Virus record (IMG/VR): IMGVR_UViG_3300032236_001457
Span: 1-64,000 of that record
DNA: 64,000 nucleotides
Direction: 5' to 3' (one strand)
Source: a virus
Shown here: piece by piece, positions 1 through 8,743 of the stretch
Position numbering within the stretch: position 1 is the stretch's first letter
Layout: each line of letters opens with the position of its first letter
The notes under the pieces: model-generated
Told to the model about the DNA's origin: nothing
Databases searched by the model: none
Seen by the model: only the letters and a program-made list of their open reading frames with translations
Position numbers and translations under genes: made by a program

Positions 1-1638
1 AGCATCTTTATCTGCATCAGTTTTGCCAAACTTTCCAGCATCCATCTTTTTATCAATCTCACGCTTGGCATATCCTGGAACAACTTTGCGTAGAGTCTGT
101 GGTAAGCCTTCCGCCACACCTTGTTTTGATTTCAAGTAGGCTATGATTTTTTCAAGATTTTTAATTTTGACATCGTGTGCTCCATTGGCATTGAATTTTT
201 TATATTTGGCCAATTCTCTCTCGTAGTTTTTAATATTGGCAACGGTTCGGTCATCGCCTTCCGCCACACCTTGCTTTTTCTTTACAATTTCAAACTTGTG
301 CCCAAATTTTGTATGTAAAGGATGATCTAAGAATTTCTGTAGTTCTTCTTTAGCCCTTTGCCAAGAATCAAAACTGCCTGCGGCAAAGTCTTTTTCGCCA
401 TCGGGCTTAGTTCTAATAATGACATATTTTTCACCTAATTCCGGTCTATTCATGCCAGACCATGGACCTTTGATAACTTCACCTTCCGCCATACCTTGCT
501 CGTGTATGGTGTTAGGTTTGGGATTTGATAAGTTTTCAATAAATTGTAAAATTGCGTTATATTGTTGTGCGTATATTCTTGGCAGATCACTAGCCGCAGA
601 TTCTGGATCATTGTAAGCGTCACTGCCATCGTAAGCAGTATCAGTGATTGCTCTGGCTTCTTGGCTGCTTATTTTTTTACCAAGATTGTGAAGTCTAATA
701 ACTGCGTTATATAACCCTTCGGCCTTTGGGGCCCATTTTGCTACAACTTTTTGCCATTTGGGGCTTTGAGCAAACTCCTCGTCGTAATTACTGAGGCTAT
801 GCTCACCTATTAGGTCTTTGAATATGTTTAGTTCTAATAGTTCAAGAGCAGCATCTCCACTTGATATTAAGCCTTCCGCCACACCTTCATTCGACACACA
901 GTTGTTTACTCTAATGCCACCTTTGATCTTAGTGCCTTCTTTATGCTTGCCTTTCCAGCACTTGGCATCTAGGCGTTGCTTGACTTCCATCATGTTATTG
1001 CCGTGTGTTCGACACATACCACAATCTGGACAAGTCATTTCCATTTCCACACTTTCATTGTGCTTACGCTTACCGGCACAGTGAGCCCGCTGGCTAAATC
1101 CCTTTGGATGGCTACAGTTGATACTGTTCTTGTATTTTTGACTCCACCCTTCTCCCATCATTTCGTGTTGTAGGCTCTGTAGCACACTGTTGAGATAATC
1201 TGCTGCTTTAGTAATCTTGCTCTGTTGCCAAGCGTCTAGACCTTCCTCTTCACTCTTGGTCTTGATCATTGAGTGTAGTTGTTTGGCATTTTGGAAAATG
1301 CTGTGTAGTTCGCTGCCAGCCATGTTGATCTCATGATCCTGATTTTCAGCAAAGTCTTTATTCTTGTGTTTCTCGCCGCGAACCTGTTTGCTCTGTTGTT
1401 TGCGATCGGTATGCCGACCGCTACCTTTGGCTACTTTCTGAGCAGCGTGAGCAACGGGGCTACGAGGAGTAAGTTTTTGGTTAGCATCCTGGACTAGAAG
1501 ATTATCTCTGCGTTGAACCCCGCCTATTGGTTTAGATACAGAAGCAACACTTCCTGCGCTGGTTCCGCCCCCGCTGGCACTTTCTAAAACATATCTAGTT
1601 GTATCACCGTTGTTGATTTTTTTAAATTCTTTATTCAT
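1..1638 (-). CDS. Modular polyprotein-like phage protein with QGVAEG repeats (3'-truncated by window edge; not in ORF track)
   Basis: Manual translation from ATG at 1638, which overlaps the stop of 1635..1994 (ATGA): MNKEFKKINNGDTTRYVLESASGGGTSAGSV... The frame stays open to base 1 and contains four (Q/E)G(V/M)AEG linkers. Confidence 0.85.
   Translation of the reverse strand, partial: MNKEFKKINNGDTTRYVLESASGGGTSAGSVASVSKPIGGVQRRDNLLVQDANQKLTPRSPVAHAAQKVAKGSGRHTDRKQQSKQVRGEKHKNKDFAENQDHEINMAGSELHSIFQNAKQLHSMIKTKSEEEGLDAWQQSKITKAADYLNSVLQSLQHEMMGEGWSQKYKNSINCSHPKGFSQRAHCAGKRKHNESVEMEMTCPDCGMCRTHGNNMMEVKQRLDAKCWKGKHKEGTKIKGGIRVNNCVSNEGVAEGLISSGDAALELLELNIFKDLIGEHSLSNYDEEFAQSPKWQKVVAKWAPKAEGLYNAVIRLHNLGKKISSQEARAITDTAYDGSDAYNDPESAASDLPRIYAQQYNAILQFIENLSNPKPNTIHEQGMAEGEVIKGPWSGMNRPELGEKYVIIRTKPDGEKDFAAGSFDSWQRAKEELQKFLDHPLHTKFGHKFEIVKKKQGVAEGDDRTVANIKNYERELAKYKKFNANGAHDVKIKNLEKIIAYLKSKQGVAEGLPQTLRKVVPGYAKREIDKKMDAGKFGKTDADKDA
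107..888 (-). repeat. Four dispersed 17-bp direct repeats CAAGGTGTGGCGGAAGG, in frame within the CDS
   Basis: Plus-strand ccttccgccacaccttg at 107-123 and 257-273; one-mismatch copies at 482-498 and 872-888. Periods are 150, 225 and 390 bp, all multiples of 3. Confidence 0.95.
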
Positions 1639-1994
1639 GATTTCTTATTCCATTGTGATATGGGGCTCACTTTGTAAACATCTGACATTTCTTCACTGCG
1701 TTTGCTAGAGTGAGTTTTTCTGCTGTCATCACCAATTTGACCTGCGGCATATTTGATCATTTCCATTTCCGCTTCGGTATAAGGAGCCAATAGCGGATCT
1801 CCGGCGATATAACTGGTTGCCTTGGTAGGATACTCCGGAGCACCAGCAAGAGCAATACCCATTCTATAGTTTAGATACTGGTTGCCGGCATTCATGTTCT
1901 GATTGGAAAATGTTGTAACATTTTGAATGGCAGATTTGTGTTCGTCACGAATATTGTGAACACCACCTTCTGTAATAAATTCATTAGCTCTCAT
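1635..1994 (-). CDS. Hypothetical protein with capsid-targeting-like leader (MRANEFITE)
   Basis: ORF track; tightly coupled to both neighbours. Confidence 0.75.
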   Translation of the reverse strand: MRANEFITEGGVHNIRDEHKSAIQNVTTFSNQNMNAGNQYLNYRMGIALAGAPEYPTKATSYIAGDPLLAPYTEAEMEMIKYAAGQIGDDSRKTHSSKRSEEMSDVYKVSPISQWNKKS

Positions 1995-2860
1995 TATGCC
2001 ATCCTTTCTATGGTGTTTTTGACATCACCTACGGTAAAATAACTTTTACCCTTACTTTTTCCAAATGCTGGATTCTGTTGCCATACTTTGGCTTTATTTA
2101 ATCCGAACACTTCGCCGCCGTTTGCATCGCCTAACACAAAATCATCGGGTTTATCTACAGCAGCAGGCATAAATGTCATCATGTAAAGATCACCAAGATC
2201 CATGCCTGGTTGAACACCGTTCATTTTATAAAATTTATAAACATAATCTAATTGTTCTACAGCAGACATTTGTGCTAGGGCTTGTGAAGTAGTTCCTAGT
2301 GATTGAGCAGTTTTTGGCATAAATTGAATTAATCCAACTGCGCTACTGGTGCCGGCACCCTGACTCGGGCTCATACTACCGCCTGTTTCGAACTTCATGA
2401 TTCTTAATAGATTCTTCGGATCCACTCCTAGTTTCTGTCCTATTAAATTTAGTTTTTCATTAAACTCGGGGCTTTGTATAGCAGCAAGATCTTCGGCGCT
2501 AGGCCCTTGGCCTCTTAGAGCATTTCTAGCAACGTCTGCCTGTGTAGATTTGACAATGGTAATATTTCCTGCTTTTAGTGCAGAATTTAATGCAGCTATA
2601 GTAGCATCATCGGCACGACTACTAGCTGGTAATTTATTTGCTGCCTGGAATTTTTTTAATGCCGCAGCAGTTAACGGTCCTAGTATACCATCTACCCCGT
2701 CTTTCTTAGGTCCGAGATTTCCGAGATCTTCTGGTGTAGCCGCACCCAATGCTAATAAGGCTTTTTGGACATCGGCAACTTCTACTCCCTTATTACCGAG
2801 AGGAGATGCCAACGGGCCGGCTACATTGGCCTCATCTTCGAATAATTCTCTTATACGCAT
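1994..2860 (-). CDS. Peptidoglycan-binding domain plus lysozyme-like/lytic transglycosylase
   Basis: PG_binding_1-like VADVQKAL...DGILGPLTAAALKKFQ; SLT-like IMKFET...AVGLIQFMPKTA. Confidence 0.8.
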   Translation of the reverse strand: MRIRELFEDEANVAGPLASPLGNKGVEVADVQKALLALGAATPEDLGNLGPKKDGVDGILGPLTAAALKKFQAANKLPASSRADDATIAALNSALKAGNITIVKSTQADVARNALRGQGPSAEDLAAIQSPEFNEKLNLIGQKLGVDPKNLLRIMKFETGGSMSPSQGAGTSSAVGLIQFMPKTAQSLGTTSQALAQMSAVEQLDYVYKFYKMNGVQPGMDLGDLYMMTFMPAAVDKPDDFVLGDANGGEVFGLNKAKVWQQNPAFGKSKGKSYFTVGDVKNTIERMA

Positions 2861-3324
2861 TATGCTCTCTTAATACTAGAACGTAAGAACCATGCGTGTT
2901 TTTTATGAGCATCCATACGCTCGGCTAGAAAATTGCTAAGTCCATGTTCTCCTGCCGCTTCGGCAGCATCGTAATTTTTCTTCAGCACAATCTGAATTTT
3001 CTCACTGTCCAATAACAGTTCTTGAATCATTTGTTGTAGATTAGGGACTTGATTTTCGTCTTCGATACGAGTCAGCATGTTCAGTGTGTGATAACTGGTA
3101 GGCATATATCCGCCTAACTTACGAACATTTTCAGCAAATGGATCTACAGCTCCATATACTTCTTCGTAGATCTCTTCGAACAGTTTATGATATTCGTAGA
3201 AATCTGGCCCTTCAACGTTCCAATGCATCGAATGGACCTTAACGTAGAAACTAAATGTAGTAGCAAACCCTATACGAGTAAGTTGAATTAATTTATCCAT
3301 AGTATTATATTTATTATTAACCAA
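2860..3324 (-). CDS. dps: Dps family ferritin-like protein
   Basis: HWNVEGPDFYEYHKLFEEIY, D..AE ferroxidase residues, C-terminal HKKHAWFLRS. Confidence 0.9.
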   Translation of the reverse strand: MVNNKYNTMDKLIQLTRIGFATTFSFYVKVHSMHWNVEGPDFYEYHKLFEEIYEEVYGAVDPFAENVRKLGGYMPTSYHTLNMLTRIEDENQVPNLQQMIQELLLDSEKIQIVLKKNYDAAEAAGEHGLSNFLAERMDAHKKHAWFLRSSIKRA

Positions 3325-3568
3325 ACCAAAGAGTAAACCATTCTGCGGTGCCAGGCTTTATGCCCTGTTCTCTTTGTATTTGTCCTTTATTACTGCCAAC
3401 AACCGGTGTTGCCTGTCGCGCTCTATAGTCTGCCAGTCGTTCTGCTGCCCCTAATCCTCCTAAACTGGCTGCGATTTTCAGTTCATGTATGGGATCATCA
3501 GGAGCGAGATAGCAGTCATCCGCACTGTCCTGTGGAATATTACTGCTGTCTATTCTGTATTGCTTCAT
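3317..3568 (-). CDS. Hypothetical phage protein
   Basis: ORF track; overlaps both neighbours in the operon. Confidence 0.7.
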   Translation of the reverse strand: MKQYRIDSSNIPQDSADDCYLAPDDPIHELKIAASLGGLGAAERLADYRARQATPVVGSNKGQIQREQGIKPGTAEWFTLWFG

Positions 3569-6500
3569 TTACTATAATCCGATTTATCAGTGAGGCCATA
3601 ATGTTTTCAACCGACTCGCTAACTGGAATATGGTTAGACATAGTTTGGCCAATTTTCTTTTCCTCTGGTTCTTTTTTTGGAGGAGGCATAATACGATCTA
3701 GTTCGCGTTGAAACTGTTCTCTATCAGGAGCACTTTTTTTACGCTCCTTTTCTAATGCACGATTTAATCGCACCTGTGCTGGACTAGGTGGTTTCCAGAA
3801 TGATTCCTGTGTGTCCTGCTGTTTATGATGCGACTTTTCTTTAACTAAATCTCTAAGTTCGGCAGTGCTGAGCAAGTTTAATTCGGCCACTCCATATCCT
3901 GTAGCACGAGCAACGGCCCGTATCAAACGCTGGCGCAGTTGATGTTCTTCGTCCTCCACAACTGATCTTTTTTGATTAATCAGTGCTGTTAGGATTCGTT
4001 CTGCTACTGTCTCTGGTTGTTTGGCAACAATACCCATGCCTTTACGGGTTATATCCATTAGATGTTCGATCCAATCTACACCGAGTTTATTAACATCGAA
4101 TGCCTTAGACCACACAGCCAACGCCTGTTCTGGAGAATCATTTTTCAAACTGTTGCGTAGCATAGTGCCACTAACCCCTGTACCTCTAGGAGTCACTTCT
4201 AAACTTACTTTAACATGCTCATAACCTGGAAACTTATTCACCGCCTTCATTAGTGCCTGTGGCATGTTTAGATTTTTGCGATCTTCGCCGACCATAATAA
4301 CAATGTTGTCATAGCGTGGCGGTTTGCCTGGCAACGGATTGATCAATTCGTGTTTGATCTTTTGTATTAGTGATCCACCTTCCTGTGTCACGGTGCTGAT
4401 ATTTTTAGCATACTGGGGATATAGCTTATGCCATGTTTCGACCTTAACGCTGGGTGGAATAGGATCGTCTTTGCCTTCTGCATTGCCAATGAACAAGTAA
4501 GGATCACCGTGCAGTTCTCGTGCCTTATCGACAGTGTAGTTCCATAGTTCCTGGTGTCCGCGATGACCGATAAAACTGCCAATAGCAACCACTGCGGTTT
4601 TGTTAGCGTTATCCCTACCGCGATCAGTGCGGGCTGCGGCTCTAGCAGCATTTTTAGTAGCGATAAGATCTTTTTGTTTTTGACTGGTAACTTTGATAGG
4701 ACCTAGTCTGCTGTTGATAACAATGCCTTCGTATTCTGTGCCTAGTTTATCTTTGCCTACAATGTTAGGATCTTCGTCGATGGCTTTTTCTAACGCAATT
4801 TGCACAGGCTTTAATTTTTCTTCAATCTGTTGGCGTAGATCCGCACTGGCACGATCACGCTTGCCTGCTGTGCCGCTGACAATGTCTTTGAGTTCATCAA
4901 TATTGTCTAATACATTAACAATTTCTGTAACATCTAGACCTTGCTTTTGAACCAGTCTATTGCTCATAAACATGACATTGTCGCTTTGTCCTAGTTCTGC
5001 TATCTGCTGAACAGCAGCATCACCATCGGGTATTTCTTCTCCAGTGCCGCCCTCTACGATGCGGAATGGAACCAATACCAGATCAATACCTTCGGGGATT
5101 TGATCATATTCAATACCTACAAACTTTAATCCACCCGATTCTGTTTTGGTGGCAAATGGTAGGAATAACACTTCGCAGGTAACCTGCCTATCTACTAAAA
5201 AGTCTGGCCCTAACGCACTATCCACCATTTTGATAGCAGTCATCATTTCGTTGAATAGTTTGTCAAAGTTGGCGGCACGACCTAACACTTCAGGATCGGT
5301 GGTTCCTTTTTGTTTGTGATAATCTAAGAATCCTGCTTTGTATTTGGGCTCAGTGCGACTGGTGCCCATAAACGGTTTGCCCTCGGCGTCCTTACCGAAG
5401 CGTCCACCGAATCCGTCGATCTTGACATTTAATGGAATATTTTGTAAAACAAATCTGCCACCCGAGTCCTGTAGTTCATCTACTAGGTCTAAAAAGTCTG
5501 CTGGTTTTAGATCACGCAGATGAGGCATGCCTTTGCGTAGTTGTGCCTTTACTGCTGGTTGTGGTTTATCTTCTTCTGCTTCTGCTAGACCCTGTGATGC
5601 CTTGGCTTTTTTCAATGCTGCTCTAGGTTGTTTTTCTTCAGGATGTTCTTTTTTGTATGCTTCAACTTCGTAATAATCATCTTCGTAAGATTTGGCCTGT
5701 GCTATGGCCTGTGCTCGCATACTGCCCATGCCCAATTTTTCCAACATGACATCGATAGCAGCAAATTTAGTTTGAGCATCTCTTACAGGATCATCTTTGG
5801 TAATCATTTGACCACCGATTTCAAAACAGATGTCTAGGAAATCTTGCACGATGCCAGGCTTTTGTTCAGGTTTAATATATTTGTTGATTAGATCCAGTGT
5901 GCCTACAAAACTCTGCTGTAGTTGGCTGTCGTTGCCTTGGGGTTTGCGACCAAAGACCATTTCAAATTGTTCAGCAAGACTTTGAACATAAGTTCTATCT
6001 TTAGGATCAACAGGAGTCACAATAGGAATGCCATCTCGACTGCTTTCACCAGTTTCTGGGTCGGTATAAGGCACATACTTTCTGCTCATACCTCCTCCCT
6101 GTTTGCTGGCCACAGCGAATGACAACATACTGACTTCGGTCGGTTCGGGACTGACCACCATTGCTCGTGCCTTGCCGCGTCCTTCCAATTTGGCTATATA
6201 AACTTGTTGTGTGCTAGCGGCCGCTGCCAATGCTCTGTAGAGATACTTGTGGAATACTCCTTTGATACCGGCAGTGATGTCATTCCAATCGCTGCTGTGG
6301 CTGAACGCAAACCACTCGTCTGGCGTGCCAGTTTCTTCACCGTATCCACCAAACTCAAAATCTATTTGTATTTTGAAAGGCGGATCTTCAAATTGAAAAA
6401 GTGCGTTAAATTGTGCAGAGCCTTTGCTAAACCCTAAACATTTGGTATCACCAATTTGTTTTCCGGTCATTGCAGTTAGGAATTCTTCTACTTCGGGCTC

Positions 6501-7178
6501 TAATTTAGCATCAACCTGTGTATCAATATCGCCTACCTTGGGTTTATGCTTGACAAACTCGTCATCACTAATACCGGAGGTATTAAAAAAGTGTAGGCTA
6601 CTACCGCTTAGAAATTCGCGACTTTGTAATAGATTTGCTGACCATAATGGCTTTTTATATTTGGCTTGAAATACGGCACTAATATCGTGTAGTAACTTGT
6701 TTAGTAGTCCTACCATGTATGTGCGATTATGAACCTTGAGATTAATTTCCTGTGCTTGATGTGGTTGAGTAGGATCTTCGGGATTAGGTAGTTCTAAATT
6801 ACCACCTTCCATTAATTTGTATTTGTCGCGTTTAATATCGTCGTTATAGTGATCATACAATCGATCACACAGTTCTTCACGCATTTCCAATGGGAATAGT
6901 TTTCCTAACTTGCCAGTTAGTTTATTTTTATGATAGAATTCTTTACAGCCCTTTTCTACCATAGGCATGAATTCTTTGACCAAACGACTTTTATTTTCTT
7001 TTTTGTTTTGTTGTTGACGTTGTATTTTCTTTGCTAGCGGATGAAAATATTCTTTATGTAGACGATCGTGCTCTAGTATGTATTGAAACAGTTCATTGGC
7101 TATTTCTTGATCATCATGATCTCGATCAGTTGGTGATTTAATATCTAGGCTTTTGCCAAAAAATTCAGTTAAAAACAT
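3540..7178 (-). CDS. Multidomain protein: Pol-beta-like nucleotidyltransferase, ATP-dependent (RNA) ligase-like domain and HIGH-class cytidylyl/adenylyltransferase
   Basis: GSS...GDIDTQVD...QIDFE; VKIDG...CEVLF...EGIVI...IKV; GSFIGHRGH...VGEDR...SGT. Confidence 0.75.
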   Translation of the reverse strand: MFLTEFFGKSLDIKSPTDRDHDDQEIANELFQYILEHDRLHKEYFHPLAKKIQRQQQNKKENKSRLVKEFMPMVEKGCKEFYHKNKLTGKLGKLFPLEMREELCDRLYDHYNDDIKRDKYKLMEGGNLELPNPEDPTQPHQAQEINLKVHNRTYMVGLLNKLLHDISAVFQAKYKKPLWSANLLQSREFLSGSSLHFFNTSGISDDEFVKHKPKVGDIDTQVDAKLEPEVEEFLTAMTGKQIGDTKCLGFSKGSAQFNALFQFEDPPFKIQIDFEFGGYGEETGTPDEWFAFSHSSDWNDITAGIKGVFHKYLYRALAAAASTQQVYIAKLEGRGKARAMVVSPEPTEVSMLSFAVASKQGGGMSRKYVPYTDPETGESSRDGIPIVTPVDPKDRTYVQSLAEQFEMVFGRKPQGNDSQLQQSFVGTLDLINKYIKPEQKPGIVQDFLDICFEIGGQMITKDDPVRDAQTKFAAIDVMLEKLGMGSMRAQAIAQAKSYEDDYYEVEAYKKEHPEEKQPRAALKKAKASQGLAEAEEDKPQPAVKAQLRKGMPHLRDLKPADFLDLVDELQDSGGRFVLQNIPLNVKIDGFGGRFGKDAEGKPFMGTSRTEPKYKAGFLDYHKQKGTTDPEVLGRAANFDKLFNEMMTAIKMVDSALGPDFLVDRQVTCEVLFLPFATKTESGGLKFVGIEYDQIPEGIDLVLVPFRIVEGGTGEEIPDGDAAVQQIAELGQSDNVMFMSNRLVQKQGLDVTEIVNVLDNIDELKDIVSGTAGKRDRASADLRQQIEEKLKPVQIALEKAIDEDPNIVGKDKLGTEYEGIVINSRLGPIKVTSQKQKDLIATKNAARAAARTDRGRDNANKTAVVAIGSFIGHRGHQELWNYTVDKARELHGDPYLFIGNAEGKDDPIPPSVKVETWHKLYPQYAKNISTVTQEGGSLIQKIKHELINPLPGKPPRYDNIVIMVGEDRKNLNMPQALMKAVNKFPGYEHVKVSLEVTPRGTGVSGTMLRNSLKNDSPEQALAVWSKAFDVNKLGVDWIEHLMDITRKGMGIVAKQPETVAERILTALINQKRSVVEDEEHQLRQRLIRAVARATGYGVAELNLLSTAELRDLVKEKSHHKQQDTQESFWKPPSPAQVRLNRALEKERKKSAPDREQFQRELDRIMPPPKKEPEEKKIGQTMSNHIPVSESVENIMASLINRIIVNEAIQNRQQ

Positions 7179-7187
7179 AATTATTCC

Positions 7188-7607
7188 TTACCAAGCGCGA
7201 CACGACCAGTATCTAGCCTTAGTTCTAGGTCCGGGATTTTCACAATGATGGCGAGCTCTGAAACTTTTACGATGTCCGGGCAGATGTTTTTTAATGCTGA
7301 GTTTTTTATCACCAAAATTTACCTTTTTAACATTGCCTGTGCTGGGATCTTTTACATAGACCTTGCTTTTTTTAACATCGCCTTTCATTGGTTTGCCTAG
7401 AGGAACGGTGCGTCCATGGTATTTGGCTTCTTCTAAGGGAATATATGCTAGTGCTGTGGCATCTATAGCTAGGATAGGACCGTCACTTTTTAGGCCAATT
7501 ACGGTGGTTTCTAGAACAAAATCACCAAGTTCTAGTTCAAACACATCACCTTCTTGGATGGTTTCTTCAACGAAATCAAGTCCATCGAAAAGATCAACGA
7601 TACGCAT
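7188..7607 (-). CDS. Conserved hypothetical phage protein with basic C-terminal domain (KKVNFGD...RKSFRARHHC...YWSC)
   Basis: ORF track; preceded by GGAG RBS and ATAAATA. Confidence 0.75.
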   Translation of the reverse strand: MRIVDLFDGLDFVEETIQEGDVFELELGDFVLETTVIGLKSDGPILAIDATALAYIPLEEAKYHGRTVPLGKPMKGDVKKSKVYVKDPSTGNVKKVNFGDKKLSIKKHLPGHRKSFRARHHCENPGPRTKARYWSCRAW

Positions 7608-7629
7608 ACAAATACTCCTAAGTTTAGAG

Positions 7630-7636
7630 TATTTAT
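7630..7636 (-). promoter_or_regulatory. T4-like late promoter variant ATAAATA
   Basis: Intergenic, about 23 nt upstream of the 7607 start; the motif recurs upstream of many operons. Confidence 0.6.
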
Positions 7637-7658
7637 TACAAATTAAACAAATGAAATA

Positions 7659-8051
7659 TTAGTGATTATAGTGTATAACTTCTACGGCGCCATCAACGAT
7701 TTCTACTCGTCCGCGCACCCAAACAAAGTTTCCAGTGAAGTTATAACAATCTACAGTAGCAGTATTTCTATCATCGAATTGGGTATAGTTTACTGTTGTG
7801 TCATAAACAAGAAACCAATCGCTGTTGGTAGGATCAGTAGCAAGACTGGCCTGCATACTGACTGTGCCAATAAAAGTAGGAGCAGCAGTATAGGCCACTG
7901 TGTGGATACCATCACTAGATCCATAATATCCATCACCTTTAACACGATCACTGTAATAAGTCATCATAGTTGTAGCAGTGTTGGGATAAATCACTGCTAC
8001 AGTGCTGGTCCCACGAGTGTTAAATTCTAAACTTTGGCTAAGTGCTGGCAT
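7659..8051 (-). CDS. Hypothetical protein, probably structural
   Basis: ORF track; ATAAATA at 8074-8080 upstream. Confidence 0.7.
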   Translation of the reverse strand: MPALSQSLEFNTRGTSTVAVIYPNTATTMMTYYSDRVKGDGYYGSSDGIHTVAYTAAPTFIGTVSMQASLATDPTNSDWFLVYDTTVNYTQFDDRNTATVDCYNFTGNFVWVRGRVEIVDGAVEVIHYNH

Positions 8052-8743
8052 AAGATTTCCTGATCGGCAACCTTATTTATGCTATATCTAGGAACAAACT
8101 CTTCTACTCTGCGGATCTTCCCACCCGCTGCCATAGTAATCATCATGACCATGTTGCGATCGCGGGCATAAAAATAACAGGCACTGGGCCAAAATCCTCG
8201 TTTACCGGAAAAGTTCTTTCGTGTTGCATTAGGAATCCCGATACAGTTCTCGTCATACTTTTCTGCCCATTCAAGCATATTGGATGCAGTATCGGTATCC
8301 ATGTCCTTGAACACTACTCTGAACTTATACCTGTGTTTAGGAAGATGATTACATAACACGATCTTGCTATCGCCCTCCATGATCTCAAGTTCTGCGGTAT
8401 CAGCTGGCTCTGTCACACTGATAACATAATCTGCAAGTTCTGTGGCCATTTCCTGATACAGCACCGGATCCTTGATAAAAATACTAATTTGATCATGCTC
8501 TATTCGTAATTTTATACCAAGTGCTATATAGTGCTCTAATTTGATTAGATAATCCAGCAACAATAACGGATCGATATTCTTTCTTTTTGACCAATGCCGA
8601 TTGATGTTAGGAGTGATACACCATTTTTTTAGGTATTCAATTCCGCGAGCCCTTAACAGCGTGGCTCCTACCATACCAGTTGAGATCTTGTAGGGCCACT
8701 CTCCGTAGAACAGTTTATTGGTCTTCAGTTTCTTCGGTATCAT
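8027..8743 (-). CDS. Hypothetical protein
   Basis: ORF track, 238 aa, in operon after clpA. Confidence 0.7.
   Translation of the reverse strand: MIPKKLKTNKLFYGEWPYKISTGMVGATLLRARGIEYLKKWCITPNINRHWSKRKNIDPLLLLDYLIKLEHYIALGIKLRIEHDQISIFIKDPVLYQEMATELADYVISVTEPADTAELEIMEGDSKIVLCNHLPKHRYKFRVVFKDMDTDTASNMLEWAEKYDENCIGIPNATRKNFSGKRGFWPSACYFYARDRNMVMMITMAAGGKIRRVEEFVPRYSINKVADQEILCQHLAKV

Noticed and set aside
107-888. CRISPR array interpretation of the 17-bp repeats
   Set aside because: The repeat is too short, the spacers are long (133-373 bp) and unequal, everything lies in one open reading frame, and no cas genes are present.
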